From NCBI RefSeq assembly GCF_009914755.1, contig NC_060931.1: DNA of 64,000 nucleotides, one strand, 5' to 3'. The position numbers and the translations under genes were made by a program. Below the pieces are notes generated by a model. It saw only the letters and a list, made by a program, of their open reading frames with translations. It did no database searches and was not told where the DNA came from. Within the stretch, counting starts at the first letter, position 1, and each line of letters begins with the position of its first letter. This DNA is from the human T2T-CHM13v2.0 reference genome, Homo sapiens. Of this stretch, positions 1 through 17,197 are shown piece after piece.

Positions 1-76
1 CTGGGTTCAATGGATCCATCCCCTTCAGCCTCCTGAATAGCTGGGACTACAGGCACAGGCTACCATGCTTAGCTAA

Positions 77-690
<614 letters not shown>

Positions 691-1367
691 GAACATAACC
701 CTTGCCTTTAAGGAGCATATGCATTCTCCAGTGGAGGAGACAGATAATGGCACTGAGACGTCATGTGGGCATTGATTGTTAGAAGTGGCCACTTCTGCCT
801 GTGGAGCGGGAGCGAACTTAGGAAAGATCTCACAGGGCAGAGTCTTGAGCTAGGAATTAAGAGATGAGTAAGTGGACAAGTGCGATGGGCATTCTCAGTG
901 GGGGACGAAGGGCATGAAACATCCTGACCTGCCCTGGGCGCTGCCAGGAGGTCCAGATGGCAGGAGCTGATGGTTTGAGGGGCTCGGGCAGGGCATCCCG
1001 AGGACAGCTTTGGGTGATCTGTATGCAAGGGAATATTGAAGCCATGGGAACAGATCCTGAGGATCCGGGGGGAATGGAGAGAGGAGGGGAGGAGGGGAGA
1101 GGGAGGCCAGGGCCTGATTCCCGGATGCAGAGAATGTTATCAACGCCTGGTGTGGCTCTGGGGAGCACCTGGGACTTCCCAGGGGCGGGTGCTGTTGGCA
1201 TGCTGCCTGCTGTGCTGTTGGATGCTGTATTTCACCCTTAGGTGTTGGGCAAAGGCTGACATGTCTGCAGAGGGCAGGGCGTGTTGTTGGCAAAGCTAGC
1301 CAGAGGCAGAGCACTCTCTCACTTTTTGATAGAGACATGAGTTCAGAGAAGTATTGCTCAACTGTAG

Positions 1368-2215
<848 letters not shown>

Positions 2216-2359
2216 CCATAGGGAGTCGTGGTAGCTGTGGCCACCCAGAGAGGACGTTCCAGCCACCATTGCAGTTTAGCTGGTGTTGCTAGGTAGATCA
2301 TGGATCTAGGTCCAGCCTGCAAATATTGCCATCTTTTCTGATTTTCAAGGGAAGCTTGA

Positions 2360-2625
<266 letters not shown>

Positions 2626-2794
2626 TGATCTGCCTGCCTCGGCCTCCCAAAGTGCTGGGATTACAGGTGTGAGCCACTGAGCCCGGCCAAATATTCCAAT
2701 TTTTAAACATCAGCTCAGTTTTTAAAAGCCAAACCTTAGTAACCCAAGCAAAACACATCTACAGGCCAGTTTGTCCGTCATCAGTCTGTCTTGG

Positions 2795-3016
2795 TGGGAA
2801 AGACAGGAACTCTGGAAACAGATTTGGGTTTTCTCAGCCCCTGGATATCCTTGGGCAAGCTGCATGTCTTCTGGTGACTCACTTTTCTCAGTTGTGGTAT
2901 GGAAATATCCCGCTTCCCCAGTTGTGAGGACCAACGAGAATTACTAGTCAGGTGGAGGGGCTTAGCACGGTGCCTGGTGCCTGGTAAACCTTTACCTGGT
3001 AGCCATTGCTGTTATT
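2795..3016 (+). mobile_element. MIR SINE
   Basis: cttgggcaag...; gttgtgagga...; gcttagcacggtgcctgg motifs typical of the MIR core and 3' end. Confidence 0.6.
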
Positions 3017-3021
3017 CATTT

Positions 3022-4515
<1,494 letters not shown>

Positions 4516-4529
4516 GCTGTTATTTATTT

Positions 4530-4687
4530 TTTTTTAAAGAGACAGGGTCTCGCTCTGTTGCCCAGGTTGGAGTGTAGTGGCACGATCATAGCTCACTGCA
4601 ACTTTGAACCCCTAGGCTCAAAGCAGTCCTTCTGCCTCAGCCAGTCAAAGTGCTGGGATCACAAGGTGTGAGCCACTGCACCAGGCC
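4530..4687 (-). mobile_element. Old Alu monomer (FRAM/FLAM-like)
   Basis: Single-arm, ~160-nt, diverged Alu sequence. Confidence 0.7.
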
Positions 4688-6689
4688 TGCTATTACTGTT
4701 ACCATTACACATCCACTGCTGCCCCTATTACTCCCCTACTTTGCCCTCTGGGTAGGCCCGTAAACCAGGGCTCCACCTTCTGACTGGCTGCAGGTGGTCA
4801 GATTGCTCTTGGCTACCCAGGAGCCAGTGGGTTCTTGGTTCTGGAGAAGCTGGTTGACCACAAGGGAATTGTAGGTTACTGGGGCCGGCACCATGGGTGC
4901 CCTTTGGAAGGTTCTGCTCTGACCTATCCCTGGAGGCCCCAGCCAGAAGAGTTGTCACTTCCCTTCCGGCCACCCACTGTGCAAGAGACAAATCACATGC
5001 TAGTTTCGTGCCATCTTCCAGTAAGATGTGGGAGGCACTGGCCTGAGTGATCCCTTTTCAAGCAAAGCCCCATCTCGCCGTGCTCACAGGACTACTGTCA
5101 TAGGAACATGGATGGTTTGTTCTTCCATTTTTGTGGAGCTCGGGGATGGGGGGATGTGTCTGTTGTCAGGGAGGTGCCATGGTAAGTTGACAGGGCCTGA
5201 TGTTAGTGAAACTACACTGGGATAGCAGCAGCCATTTAAAGTAATAATGGTAAGACAGCGGTGGTGGTGGTTTGGTTTATATTTATGACCTTTTAAAAGT
5301 GTTTGGCATTTTCAGGGAGGTTTGTTTTTTGTTTTGTTTTTTGAGGCTCATGTTGCCCAGGCTGGAGTGCAATGGTGCAGTTCTCGGCTCACTGCAACCT
5401 CTGCCTCCTGGGTTCAGGGGATTCTCCTGCCTCAGCCTCCCAGGTAGCTGGGATTACAGGTGCATGCCACCATGCCCAGCTAATTTTTGTATTTTTAGTA
5501 GAGACGGGATTTCACCATGTTGGCCAGGCTGGTCTCATACTCCTGACCTCAGATGATCCGCCCCCCTCAGCCTTCCAAAGTGCTGGGGATTACAGGCATG
5601 AGCCACTGCACCTGGCCAGGAGAGTTTTTTTCTGATAATAGAAGTAATACTTTCTCACTTTAGAAAATGTGAAAAGTTCAGATATATAAGGAAGTCAAAC
5701 AAAACGTCTCCTATATATGAAGAAGAAAAGAAGCAAGTTTAAAAAAAAAAAGAAAAAAAAAGGTCTTCTATCGTTTCTCCACTCAAAGACAGCTGTTAAC
5801 ATTTTATTGACTTCTATGGAGTTTGCCCTATGCTTCTGTTTTATGTAATAGAGACAGTGCTGTAGTGAATAGCTTCACGTCAAAATTTTTCTATAATTTT
5901 CTGAAGTTAGAGTCTTAATTATTGGATCAAAGGAAGTGAACATTTTTAAACCTCTTGATACATATATTACCAAATTGTTTGCTTTTCCGTTTTTTTTAAT
6001 AAATAGAGATGGGGGTCTCTCTGTGTTGCCCAGGCTGGTCTTGACCTCCTGGCCTCAAGCGATCCTCTTCCCTCCACCTCCCGAGTAGCTAAGATTATAG
6101 GTGTGAGCCACCATGCTCAGCCGCTGATTTTAACTTGTATGTTTTAAACAAAATTTCTAGTAAAGTAGAACATTTCTTTGATATGTTTGTGTCAGGATTT
6201 GACTCTCCCAGGTCTTTGGAGAGGCTTTCTAACAAGGCATCCCCCGTGGGTGGCCATCTGCCCTGTGAGAAGGTCATTTCTAGTTCCAGGTCACGCACAG
6301 TGTGTCAGCTGGTGGGGTGTGGAGTTTCAGGCCCAGGCCTCCTGGAAAGTGCCCGAAAGAGAAACGGCTTAGAAAATAAGGACTTTAACGGTGGTGTGGG
6401 TTGAGTTTGGAAAGTTTAGACCATGTTAGTGGAATCAGAGCTGGGAAGAGGTTCTAGAAGTTACCTCCTCTCACTGGTTTCCAGTCCACACTTCTCAGAA
6501 CTCTCCCATTTTGCAGTCAGGTGCAGTGGCTCACATCTGTAATCCTAGCACTTGAGGAGACCGAGGTGGGCAGATCACTTGAGGCCAGGAGTTTGAGACC
6601 AGCCCTGGCCAACATAGCGAAACCCCGTTTCTACTAAAAATACAAAAATTAGCCAGGTGTGGTGTGGTGCACACCTGTAGTTCCAGCTA

Positions 6690-6797
<108 letters not shown>

Positions 6798-6848
6798 TCA
6801 AAGAAAAGAACTCACCTATTTTGCAAAGGAGCTTCATGGTTCTCTTGA

Positions 6849-7093
<245 letters not shown>

Positions 7094-7987
7094 TAGTAGA
7101 GATGGGGTTTCTCCATGTTGGTCAGGCTGGTCTCGAACTGCCGACCTCAGGTGATCCGTGCCTGGCTTACTTTTTTTTTTCTTTTTCTTTTTCTTTTCTT
7201 TCTTTCTTTTTTTTTTTTTTTTTTAAGAGATAGGGTCTTGCTATGTTGCCCAGACTGGTCTCAAACGCCTGGCCTCAAGTGGTCCTCCCACCTTGGCCTC
7301 CCAAAACGTTGAGATTACAGGTGTGAGTCACCACGCTTGGCCTGTTTTACATGTTGACGGACAGCATATAATCACATGTATAAGGGTTTCTGCTTGTAAA
7401 AGTCTGGAAACCCATTCTAACTGCCAGAATCACAAAACCTAGAGAAGGGGACATAACTGCCCTGTGGCCACCCAGTAGCTTTTATCTTCTCTCGCGACGG
7501 CAGAGGCAGGACAGCCAGCATTCTGGTGAGGATTGAAGGATTAGTTGTAAGAGATTTCAGCAGGTCTGCAGTGATCAGATGGGTTTCTCACATATTGTTA
7601 AGTTGAAAGTAGCCGTGGCTCAGTATGAGTTGAGTACCTGTTTAAAATCTGCATTCAAAGCCTTCTTCCCAGAGGCCACAACTGCAGTGAGATCCAAGTG
7701 TGTGGCTCACCCGCCCCGGGGCTCACAGCTGGGCAGGGTGATTTCCACTCAAATTCTTGTGCCAGTGCAGATCTTGTTCTAAAGCTTTTCTAAATGCCTG
7801 GAGACTAGAAAGACTTTTGGATACTTTTCCCTTTTTCTTTTGGATGAAATTTCATCTCCAGTAGAACAGCAGCATTCCATGGTGCCTCAGCCACGATCCT
7901 CTGGAGAGAGATTTGCGGCGAAGACCTGACGAGAGACTGTAAAGGAAAAGCAGGGTTTGTTTTTCCTGGTCAAAGTTGTTAATACTA

Positions 7988-8353
<366 letters not shown>

Positions 8354-8356
8354 CTA

Positions 8357-8755
<399 letters not shown>

Positions 8756-8766
8756 TTAATTTTTAA

Positions 8767-8895
<129 letters not shown>

Positions 8896-10009
8896 TGATA
8901 CTACAGGCACGCACCACCACAAATGGCTAATTTTTCTAGTTTTTGTAAAGACAGGCTTTTGCTGTGTTGCCCACGCTGGTCTTGTATTTCTGGGCTCAAG
9001 CGATCCGCCCGCCTCGGCCTCCCAAAGTGCTGGGATTACAAGCATGAGCCACCGCGCCTGGCCCTTTCTTTCATTTTTTAAGACTGATTTGTATTCCATC
9101 ATTAGAATGTTCCATAATTGGTGCAAGAATTCCTTTATTGTAAAGTGTTTAGGCTGCCTCCAAATTGAGGCTTTTTCCCATGGCCAATTATAATACTAAT
9201 AATTTTCATAATGAAGAACCGGCATCATTAGGAGCTGGAACAAATTAGGTTTTTAAGCTGCAGCTAAGTGATGGTTAAGCCGAGGCTGCTGCAGAGACTG
9301 GTGCACCGACACGCCACTGTATTGTGCATAATTGCTGGGTTCAAGGGGAACGCAGTGGGCGTTTCTGGGCAGTGACTCAAAGGTGCCTGTGCCCCCGGAG
9401 CAGAAGGCTCACCCCTCCTTTGGTGTTTCAGAGCCTCTGGGATATTGGGCACCTGAAGAACTGCAGCCGCAGCTCTGCCCTCAGGGAGTTTCTGTTTTGG
9501 TGGGGAGAAGGCCACTGAAACCAGGGAGTGCGGTTGTGTTTGCGTAAGTGCCCTGCGCCGTGCACACAAGGGTAGGTGGAGCCAGCCGTCTCTGGCAAGC
9601 TGTGGGTCAGGGGGCCCAGGAGAAGGGGATACCATGGTTGGGTCTGGAAGGATGGGCGTGTTTGCTTGGGGGCTGGTATAGAGGGAGGATCAATTGCTAG
9701 AAGGTGGTAAGTGGCTTGGAATGTTCTGGAACTTTCTAGAATTAGATGTGGGTATCAAAGGTGGCGGGCTTGGTGTGAGTAGGAACAGTGGCTGGTCATG
9801 GAGGGGCTTGTGTGCCTTGTCATCCTCTGGAGTCTCCAGTACCCTCCTAGGGCCTGGGCCATGGCGCGCCCTCCATTGGGGAGGCTGCGTGCCTTCGTGG
9901 AAAGTTTTAGCTGAAGTCCTCGCCTATATTTCCCAGGCTGTTTTGCAGAGTTGTGAGAGTTGGTTCATCGGGCCATGAGGACATGTTGGGACATACCCCG
10001 TGTGCCGAT

Positions 10010-10290
10010 GATGGAGGCGGCCGTGGCTGCCCGAGAGATGCGTGACACCCAGGAGTAATTGGCTTGGAAGGCAGTCCTCTGATTTGTACCTCATTGTGGT
10101 TACAGAAACTTCCAATTGAAGACACTGAGCTGAACCATTCCGCCCGCCCGCCCGCCTGCCCGCCCGAGGGCACTCCAGGTCTGATCTTTGGGGCGGGTTG
10201 TGGGCTTTTGTCGGAGGAATTGGCAGCTCCGTGGCGGGCCTGGCACCCACAGAGCTGCCAATTCCTGTGTTCGGAGTTGTTGCAGGCCTG
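10010..10290. promoter_or_regulatory. Small CpG/GC-box-rich patch with (CCCG)n run at 10140-10166; possible enhancer or alternative promoter
   Basis: Local CpG enrichment, tandem CCCG units and GGGGCGGG about 3 kb upstream of the first coding exon. Confidence 0.25.
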
Positions 10291-13147
10291 ACTCACCTGT
10301 GTTCTCATGCTGTGTACTCAGGGCTGCCCTTGTGGCCGTTCCTCCTTGAGACTGAAAGGGTGGGCAAGTGCTAGGGGTGAGGGGCCAGGAGAGGCAGGGA
10401 GGCCAAGATGGGTTGACTCTCTGCTGTATGCCTAGTGCTGTGTGGGCACCTTATACACACCCGTCTGTGTTATCCTCATGAAAAACACTTAGGATACATG
10501 TTGATAACTGCATTTTCCCAAAGAAAGCAAGCTTGGCGAGCTTAGATACTTCCATCAAGATGATACAATAGCCAGGCATGGTGGCGCGTGCCTGTAGTCT
10601 CAGCTGGGTGACAGAGGGAGACCCCTGTCTCTACAAAAAATTAAGAGATCAGTTGAGTATGGTGGCACATGCCTGTAGTCCCAGCTGCTCGGGAGGTGGA
10701 GGCAGGAGGATGGCTTTAGCCCAGGAGGCCATGGGGCTGCAGTGAGTGGTGATTGCGGCCACTGCACTCTAGCCTGGGTGACAGAGTGAGACTCGGACTC
10801 TAAATAAATAAATAAATGAATAAATAAATAAATGTCACCTTTTATTAAGTAGTGTATGTGTGACCTTGAGTTATTCAACCAAGGTCACACATACATGACT
10901 AAGAGGCAGCACAGAGAACAAACCCAGGTCGGGTCTGGCTCTAAGGCCCATTTTCTTAGCTAGGAGGGCTCAGTCTGAGCTTCACCTTGGGCTTCACTTA
11001 CAGGCCCTGCTTAAAGAGGGGGAAAGGAAAAGGAGAGAACGACCCTCGTCTCTCAAGCACTATACACCCTCATTGTGACAACACGCCCATGAAGGACCCT
11101 GGCCAGTAGGGCCCCCACTGATACAATCTGGTGATTCCCGAGCATACACATCATATTTTATCCCCATTTTGCCAATGAGGAAACTGAGACCCAGGTAGTT
11201 ACAGTGACGTCCTCATAGTCGCGTGGCTTGTGATAAGATGGGGACCCTGGCTTCTGGTGTGGTCCCAGACTGTACTACCCCAGCAAGGTTTCAGTGAGAA
11301 GGGTAAGACCACCTTCCCTGGAAGGGAGACAGATGTGGAGCAGCACCTGGAAAGAAGCAGGCCTGGGCTCTGGCATCAGTGTGCACACACACTGCATCAG
11401 CTCTGATTTTTTTTTTTTTTTTTTTTTTTGTAGAGGTGGGACCTCTTGTCACTGAGGCTGGAGTGCCTTGGGATTATAGCTCACTGCAGCCTCTAACTCC
11501 TGGGCTCAAGCCATCCTCCTGCCTCAGCCTCTTGAGTAGCTGGGACTATTGGCATGCACCTCCGCACCTGGCTAACTTTTAAATTTTCTGCAGAGATGGG
11601 ATCTCACTATGTTGCCCAGGCTGGCCTCAAACTCCTGTGCTCAAACCACCCTCCTGTCGCAGCCTCCCTAAACACTGGCATTACAGGTGTGAGCCACCAC
11701 ACCCAGTCCCCTTGACCTCTTTCAGCCTTGGTTTCCTGTCCGTAAGTGGGAGAAATGTCACCTTGGCAGTCTGTGCAGCTTAGGAGAGACAAGTACATTT
11801 GATGTTGGTTACTAAATGTTGGACCCTGGACCGGCACTCCAACAGCCGGTGCCCTGGGGGGCAGCCATCAGGTGGGGCATTTGCAGGCCTCTTCTTATTC
11901 AGACAGCTCCAGGTGCTGAGCGGAATCATTGTCCACATTCACTCTGTCATTCTGAAGCGGTGTGTAGAAGATTCTAGAACACTCACCATGTGGCATGCCC
12001 CTGCTGGGTCCCGGTGATGCAGCTGTGAATGAAGCAGGCTTGGGGTTGCTGCCACCTGGGGAGGAGCAGAAGGACTGTGGTCACAGCCACACGTGGACGC
12101 GGTTACTAGGGTTCTGGTGGGTGCTGTGGAGGGTGCAGAGGGCGTGTGATGGGTCATCCTGAGCGATGCAAGCTGGGCCTGGAGGACGTGGAGTGTTCGC
12201 AAGGGAAGAGGGTGGGCTGGAGTGACTGCAAGGAGAAGGTCTCGGGTGGTGGAGCTCGGGATGTGGGGAAGAGCTCCCTGGGCCTGGTGGCCGGTCAGCA
12301 GGGGCCAGGTCGGGGAGTGGGTGCAGAGAGCCTTGGAGAGGCCAGAGAGGGGTGATTCGGTGCCCATCTAGGGCTTCCTTTTTGGTTAGCGATGCTTCAG
12401 GGCACCTGGGAGACATGAGGAGCTAGAACCTGTGTTGCAGTTCCCAGCTCTGCCCCTGCTCCCTGGGTGTCCCAAACCCTGCTCCTTTCCAAGAAATGTT
12501 GGGTTCTCATCTTCAGGATGGTGGGTGCTAATAGGGAGGCTGAGGTGGGTGGATCACCTGAGGTCAGGAGTTTGAGACCAGCCTGGCCAACATGGTGAAA
12601 CCCCGACTCTACTAAAAATACAAAAAATTAGCTGGGCGCAGTGGTGCATGCCTGTAGTCCTAGCTACTCGGGAGGCTGAGGCAGGAGAATCACTTGAACC
12701 TACGCGGGAGGTGGAGGTTGCAGTGAGCCGAGATCACACGCCTGGGTGTGTGATCACACGCGCGGTGGCTCACACCTGTGATCCCAGCACTTGGGAAGGC
12801 TGAGGCGAGTCTATCCCTTGAGGCTAGGAGTTTGAGACCAGCCTGGGCAACACAGACATCATCTCTACAAAAAGTAAAAAAATGAGCTGGGTGTGGTGGT
12901 GAATGCCTATTGTTCCAGCTGCTCTGGAGGCTGAGTTGTGAGGATTGCTTGAGACCAGGAGTTTGAGGCTGCTGTGAGCCAAGATCACACTGCTGCACTC
13001 TAGCCTGGGTGAGAGAGTGAGACCCTGTAACCAAAAAAAAAAAAAAATCAGCTGTGGAAAAGCATCACGTGTTTCCCCTGCGCTGAGGCTGACTCTGCAG
13101 GGCTACTGATGTGCATTGGTAACTGCTCATGTCTGTCCTGTTCACAG

Positions 13148-13496
13148 ATCTGCCGGAGGCGCTGGGCAATGACCCCGGGACTCCAGGCCAGAGGGGTCTG
13201 AAGCTGTTTGGGAAAGCAGCGGGACTCCTTGGGAAGATGGCCATGGCCCCAAGCCCTTCCCTGGTGCAGGTGTACACCAGCCCCGCAGCTGTGGCTATGG
13301 CAGGATGGGCTGGGCACCTGGCACCCCTACAGTGCCACCATCTGCAGCTTCATCGAGCAGCAGTTTGTCCAGCAGAAGGGCCAACGTTTTGGGCTTGGGA
13401 GCCTGGCCCACAGCATCCCCTTGGGCCAGGCAGACCCCTCGCTGGCCCGTTACATTATTGACCTCCCCAGCTGGACCCAGTTCCGCCAGGACACCG
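13148..13496 (+). pseudogene. DTX2P1: DTX2P1 first coding exon (ATG 13237, WWE1) with frameshift
   Basis: ttcacag|ATC acceptor. [20 protein letters not shown] then switches frame to [13 protein letters not shown]...QFRQDT. G|gtaag donor. Confidence 0.92.
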
Positions 13497-13752
13497 GTAA
13501 GACGCTGTCTGCCTCTCGCACATATCTGGGCGCCGCACCTGCTTTCCCACAGGCTCTGCGCCAGGTGTTGGGGTGATGGACGTGACTTACAGAGCTTCTG
13601 CTCTCTCCCTGCAGCACACGTGGTGGTGGGTGGGTGCAGTGAGTGGGAACATCCACATAGGTTGAGTGCAGCTCACAGTGGGAGAGGCACTGTGGGAGGC
13701 CCTTCCCCTTGTCTTGCAAAGCAGAAATGCCTGTTCCGACCACAGAGGTTGA

Positions 13753-14232
<480 letters not shown>

Positions 14233-14293
14233 TGATCAGTATTATTGAGAATGAGGCACCAGTTTCCTCTCGGAGCCATCCCTTACTCTAATC

Positions 14294-14514
14294 TGGTGGT
14301 TGTCACTGGGGGTGATTTTGTCCCCGGGGCCATCTGACAATGTTTGGAGACACTGTTGGTTGTTACAGCTGAGTGGGTGGGAGGTGGGGGTGCTCCTGGC
14401 ATCTGGTGGGTGGAGGCCAGGGATGCTGCTCGCCATCCGGCAGTGCACTGGGCTGGCCCTGCAGTAAGGAATTATTGGCCCACAGTGTCACCAGTGAGGA
14501 AACTTGAGAAACTG
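14294..14514 (+). mobile_element. MER20 DNA transposon
   Basis: gggggtgattttgtcccc...tggagaca...gaggccagggatgctgct...ttgagaaac matches the recalled MER20 consensus. Confidence 0.8.
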
Positions 14515-15241
14515 GTTTTTCCTTTTTTTTTTCAATTTTAATTTTAGTTTTATTTTAAAAAGTATGGGTTTTTTTTATCGTGTTTGTTTGTTTGTTTGTT
14601 TGTTTTTTGTAAAGACTGGGTCTCCATCGCCCTGTGTTGCCCAGGCTGGTCTTCAACTCCTGAGCTCAAGTGATCCTCCTGCCTTGGCCTCCGAAAGTGT
14701 TGGGATTACAGGCTTGAGCCGTCATGCCCAGCCCTGGAAACTGTGTTTCCAGGAGTGTCGTAGAGTCTGTGAAAACTGTGGCTGTCAGTCAGCTCCCAAG
14801 TCATTGCCTTCACAGTGTGTGAAGTCAACTGACAAAGATAGCAGACAGGATAAATAATAACATGGAAATTGCATATCGTGGCAGAGAGCAGGAAGTGTTA
14901 ATCGGGGAATGAAAGTGGCAGGTGTTGTAGAGGTCGATTTGAAGTTAGGTGGGTGTGGTGTCATGTGCCTGTAGTCCCAGTTATTTAGGAGGCTAAGGCA
15001 GGAGGATCGCTTGAGCCCAGGAGGTCAGGGTGGCAGTGAACTATGATCACATCACTGCACTGCAGCCTGGGTGACAAAGGGGTACCCTGCCTCTAACAAT
15101 AAATAAATAAACAAATAGCAGCATGACTGTGTACCTACTGTGTTCCTATTTGTTTATTTTGGCGGTTGAAAAAAGAATTTGAACGTTCCCTGTATCTTGG
15201 GGATGCTAGCAGACTAACCTTTGGTTTTCCTTTGAAAACAG

Positions 15242-15881
15242 GCACCATGCGGACTGTGCGGAGACACCTGTTCCCCCAGCACTCAGCCCCTGGCCGAGGT
15301 GTCGTCTGGGAGTGGCTGAGCGACGATGGCTCCTGGACCGCCTATGAAGCCGGCGTCTGTGACGATCTGGAGCAGCAGGTGGCCAGGGGCAACCAGCTCG
15401 TGGACTTGGCCCCCCTGGGGTACAACTACACTGTCAACTACACCACCCACACGCAGACCAACAAGACTTCCAGCTTCTGCTGCAGCGTGCGGCGCCAAGC
15501 AGGGCCGCCTTACCCAGTGACCACCATCATCGCTCCGCCGGGCCACACAGGCGTCGCCTGCTCTTGCCACCAGTGCCTCAGTGGCAGCAGAACTGGCCCT
15601 GTGTCAGGCCGCTACCGCCACTCCATGACCAACCTCCCTGCATACCCCGCCCCCCAGCACCCCCCCCACAGGACCGCTTCTGTGTTTGGGACCCACCAGG
15701 CCTTTGCACCGTACAACAAACCCTCACTCTCCGGGGCCCGGTCTGCGCCCAGGCTGAACACCACGAACGCCTGGGACGCAGCTCCTCCTTCCCTGGGGAG
15801 CCAGCCCCTCTACCGCTCCAGCCTCTCCCACCTGGGACCGCAGCACCTGCCCCCAGGATCCTCCACCTCCGGTGCAGTCAG
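15242..15881 (+). pseudogene. DTX2P1: DTX2P1 exon (WWE2 + Pro-rich), 640 nt, open frame
   Basis: aaacag|GC acceptor; [11 protein letters not shown]...[14 protein letters not shown]...SGAV; AG|gtatc donor. Confidence 0.93.
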
Positions 15882-16879
15882 GTATCGTGGGCAACGGCCG
15901 CTCGTTTTGTCTGCCCTGTGTTTCCACTCTTAGCTGGGAAGACTCACCCCAATTCCTGCAGATGCGGCTCCTGCCCCCTAGGTGGTCCTGCCGTGGCATC
16001 TCATTTGCATGTGGCATGTGGGTGCCGAGGTGCCGTGGCCGTCCAGAGCCTACCTGACCCCTTGTACCTGAGTCCTGGCAGTCACCACACGGGTTAGAAT
16101 CTACAGTCCTTTCACTCACGATGATTAAGGGCCTCCACATGGAGCAGAGTTAAAGGCCTGTGGCCTCTGCTTGCGGGCTGCATGGCGAGCATTGTGCCCG
16201 AGAACACTGGGTCACTGCCTGTACACTGACTCCCGCCTTGTGCCAGGCCCTAAGGACCCAGAGACCAGAGTATCAGCCCTTACCCCTGAGCCCTAGTCTA
16301 GTGCAAGGGGCTGTCAGCGCGGTGTGAGGGAGGGCAGAATGTGGAGCACGTGGCAGTGGCTGCAGGTGGCACGGGTGACCTGGCCCCCGTGATGATGCAG
16401 CCCAGCCCAGAGTGCCTGGTAGAGCGCTCAGCTCCTTGAGAGAGAGAGAGAATGATACCACGGGCCCAGTGCAGACCAGAGCGGGTGGCATTTAAAATGA
16501 GGAGATTGGTCAGGCACAGAGGCTGACACCTTTAATCCCAGCACTTTGGGAGGCCAAGGCAGGAAGATCATTTGAACCCAGCAGTCAGAGACCAGCCTGA
16601 GCAACATAGCGAGACCCCATCTCCACAAAAAAAAATTTTTTTAATTAGCCAGGCATAGTGGTACACACCTGTAATCCCAGCTACTTGGGAGACTGAGGCA
16701 GGAGGATTGCTGGAGACCAGGAGGTCAAGGCAGCAGTGAGCTGTGATCGCGCCACTGCGCTTCAGCCCCCTAGGTGACAGAGCGAGACCCTGTCTTAAAG
16801 CTGGGCCCAGTGGCTCACGCCTGTAGTTCCAGCACTTTGGGAGGCCGAGGTGGGCGGATCACCTGAGGTCAGGAGTTCA

Positions 16880-17197
<318 letters not shown>

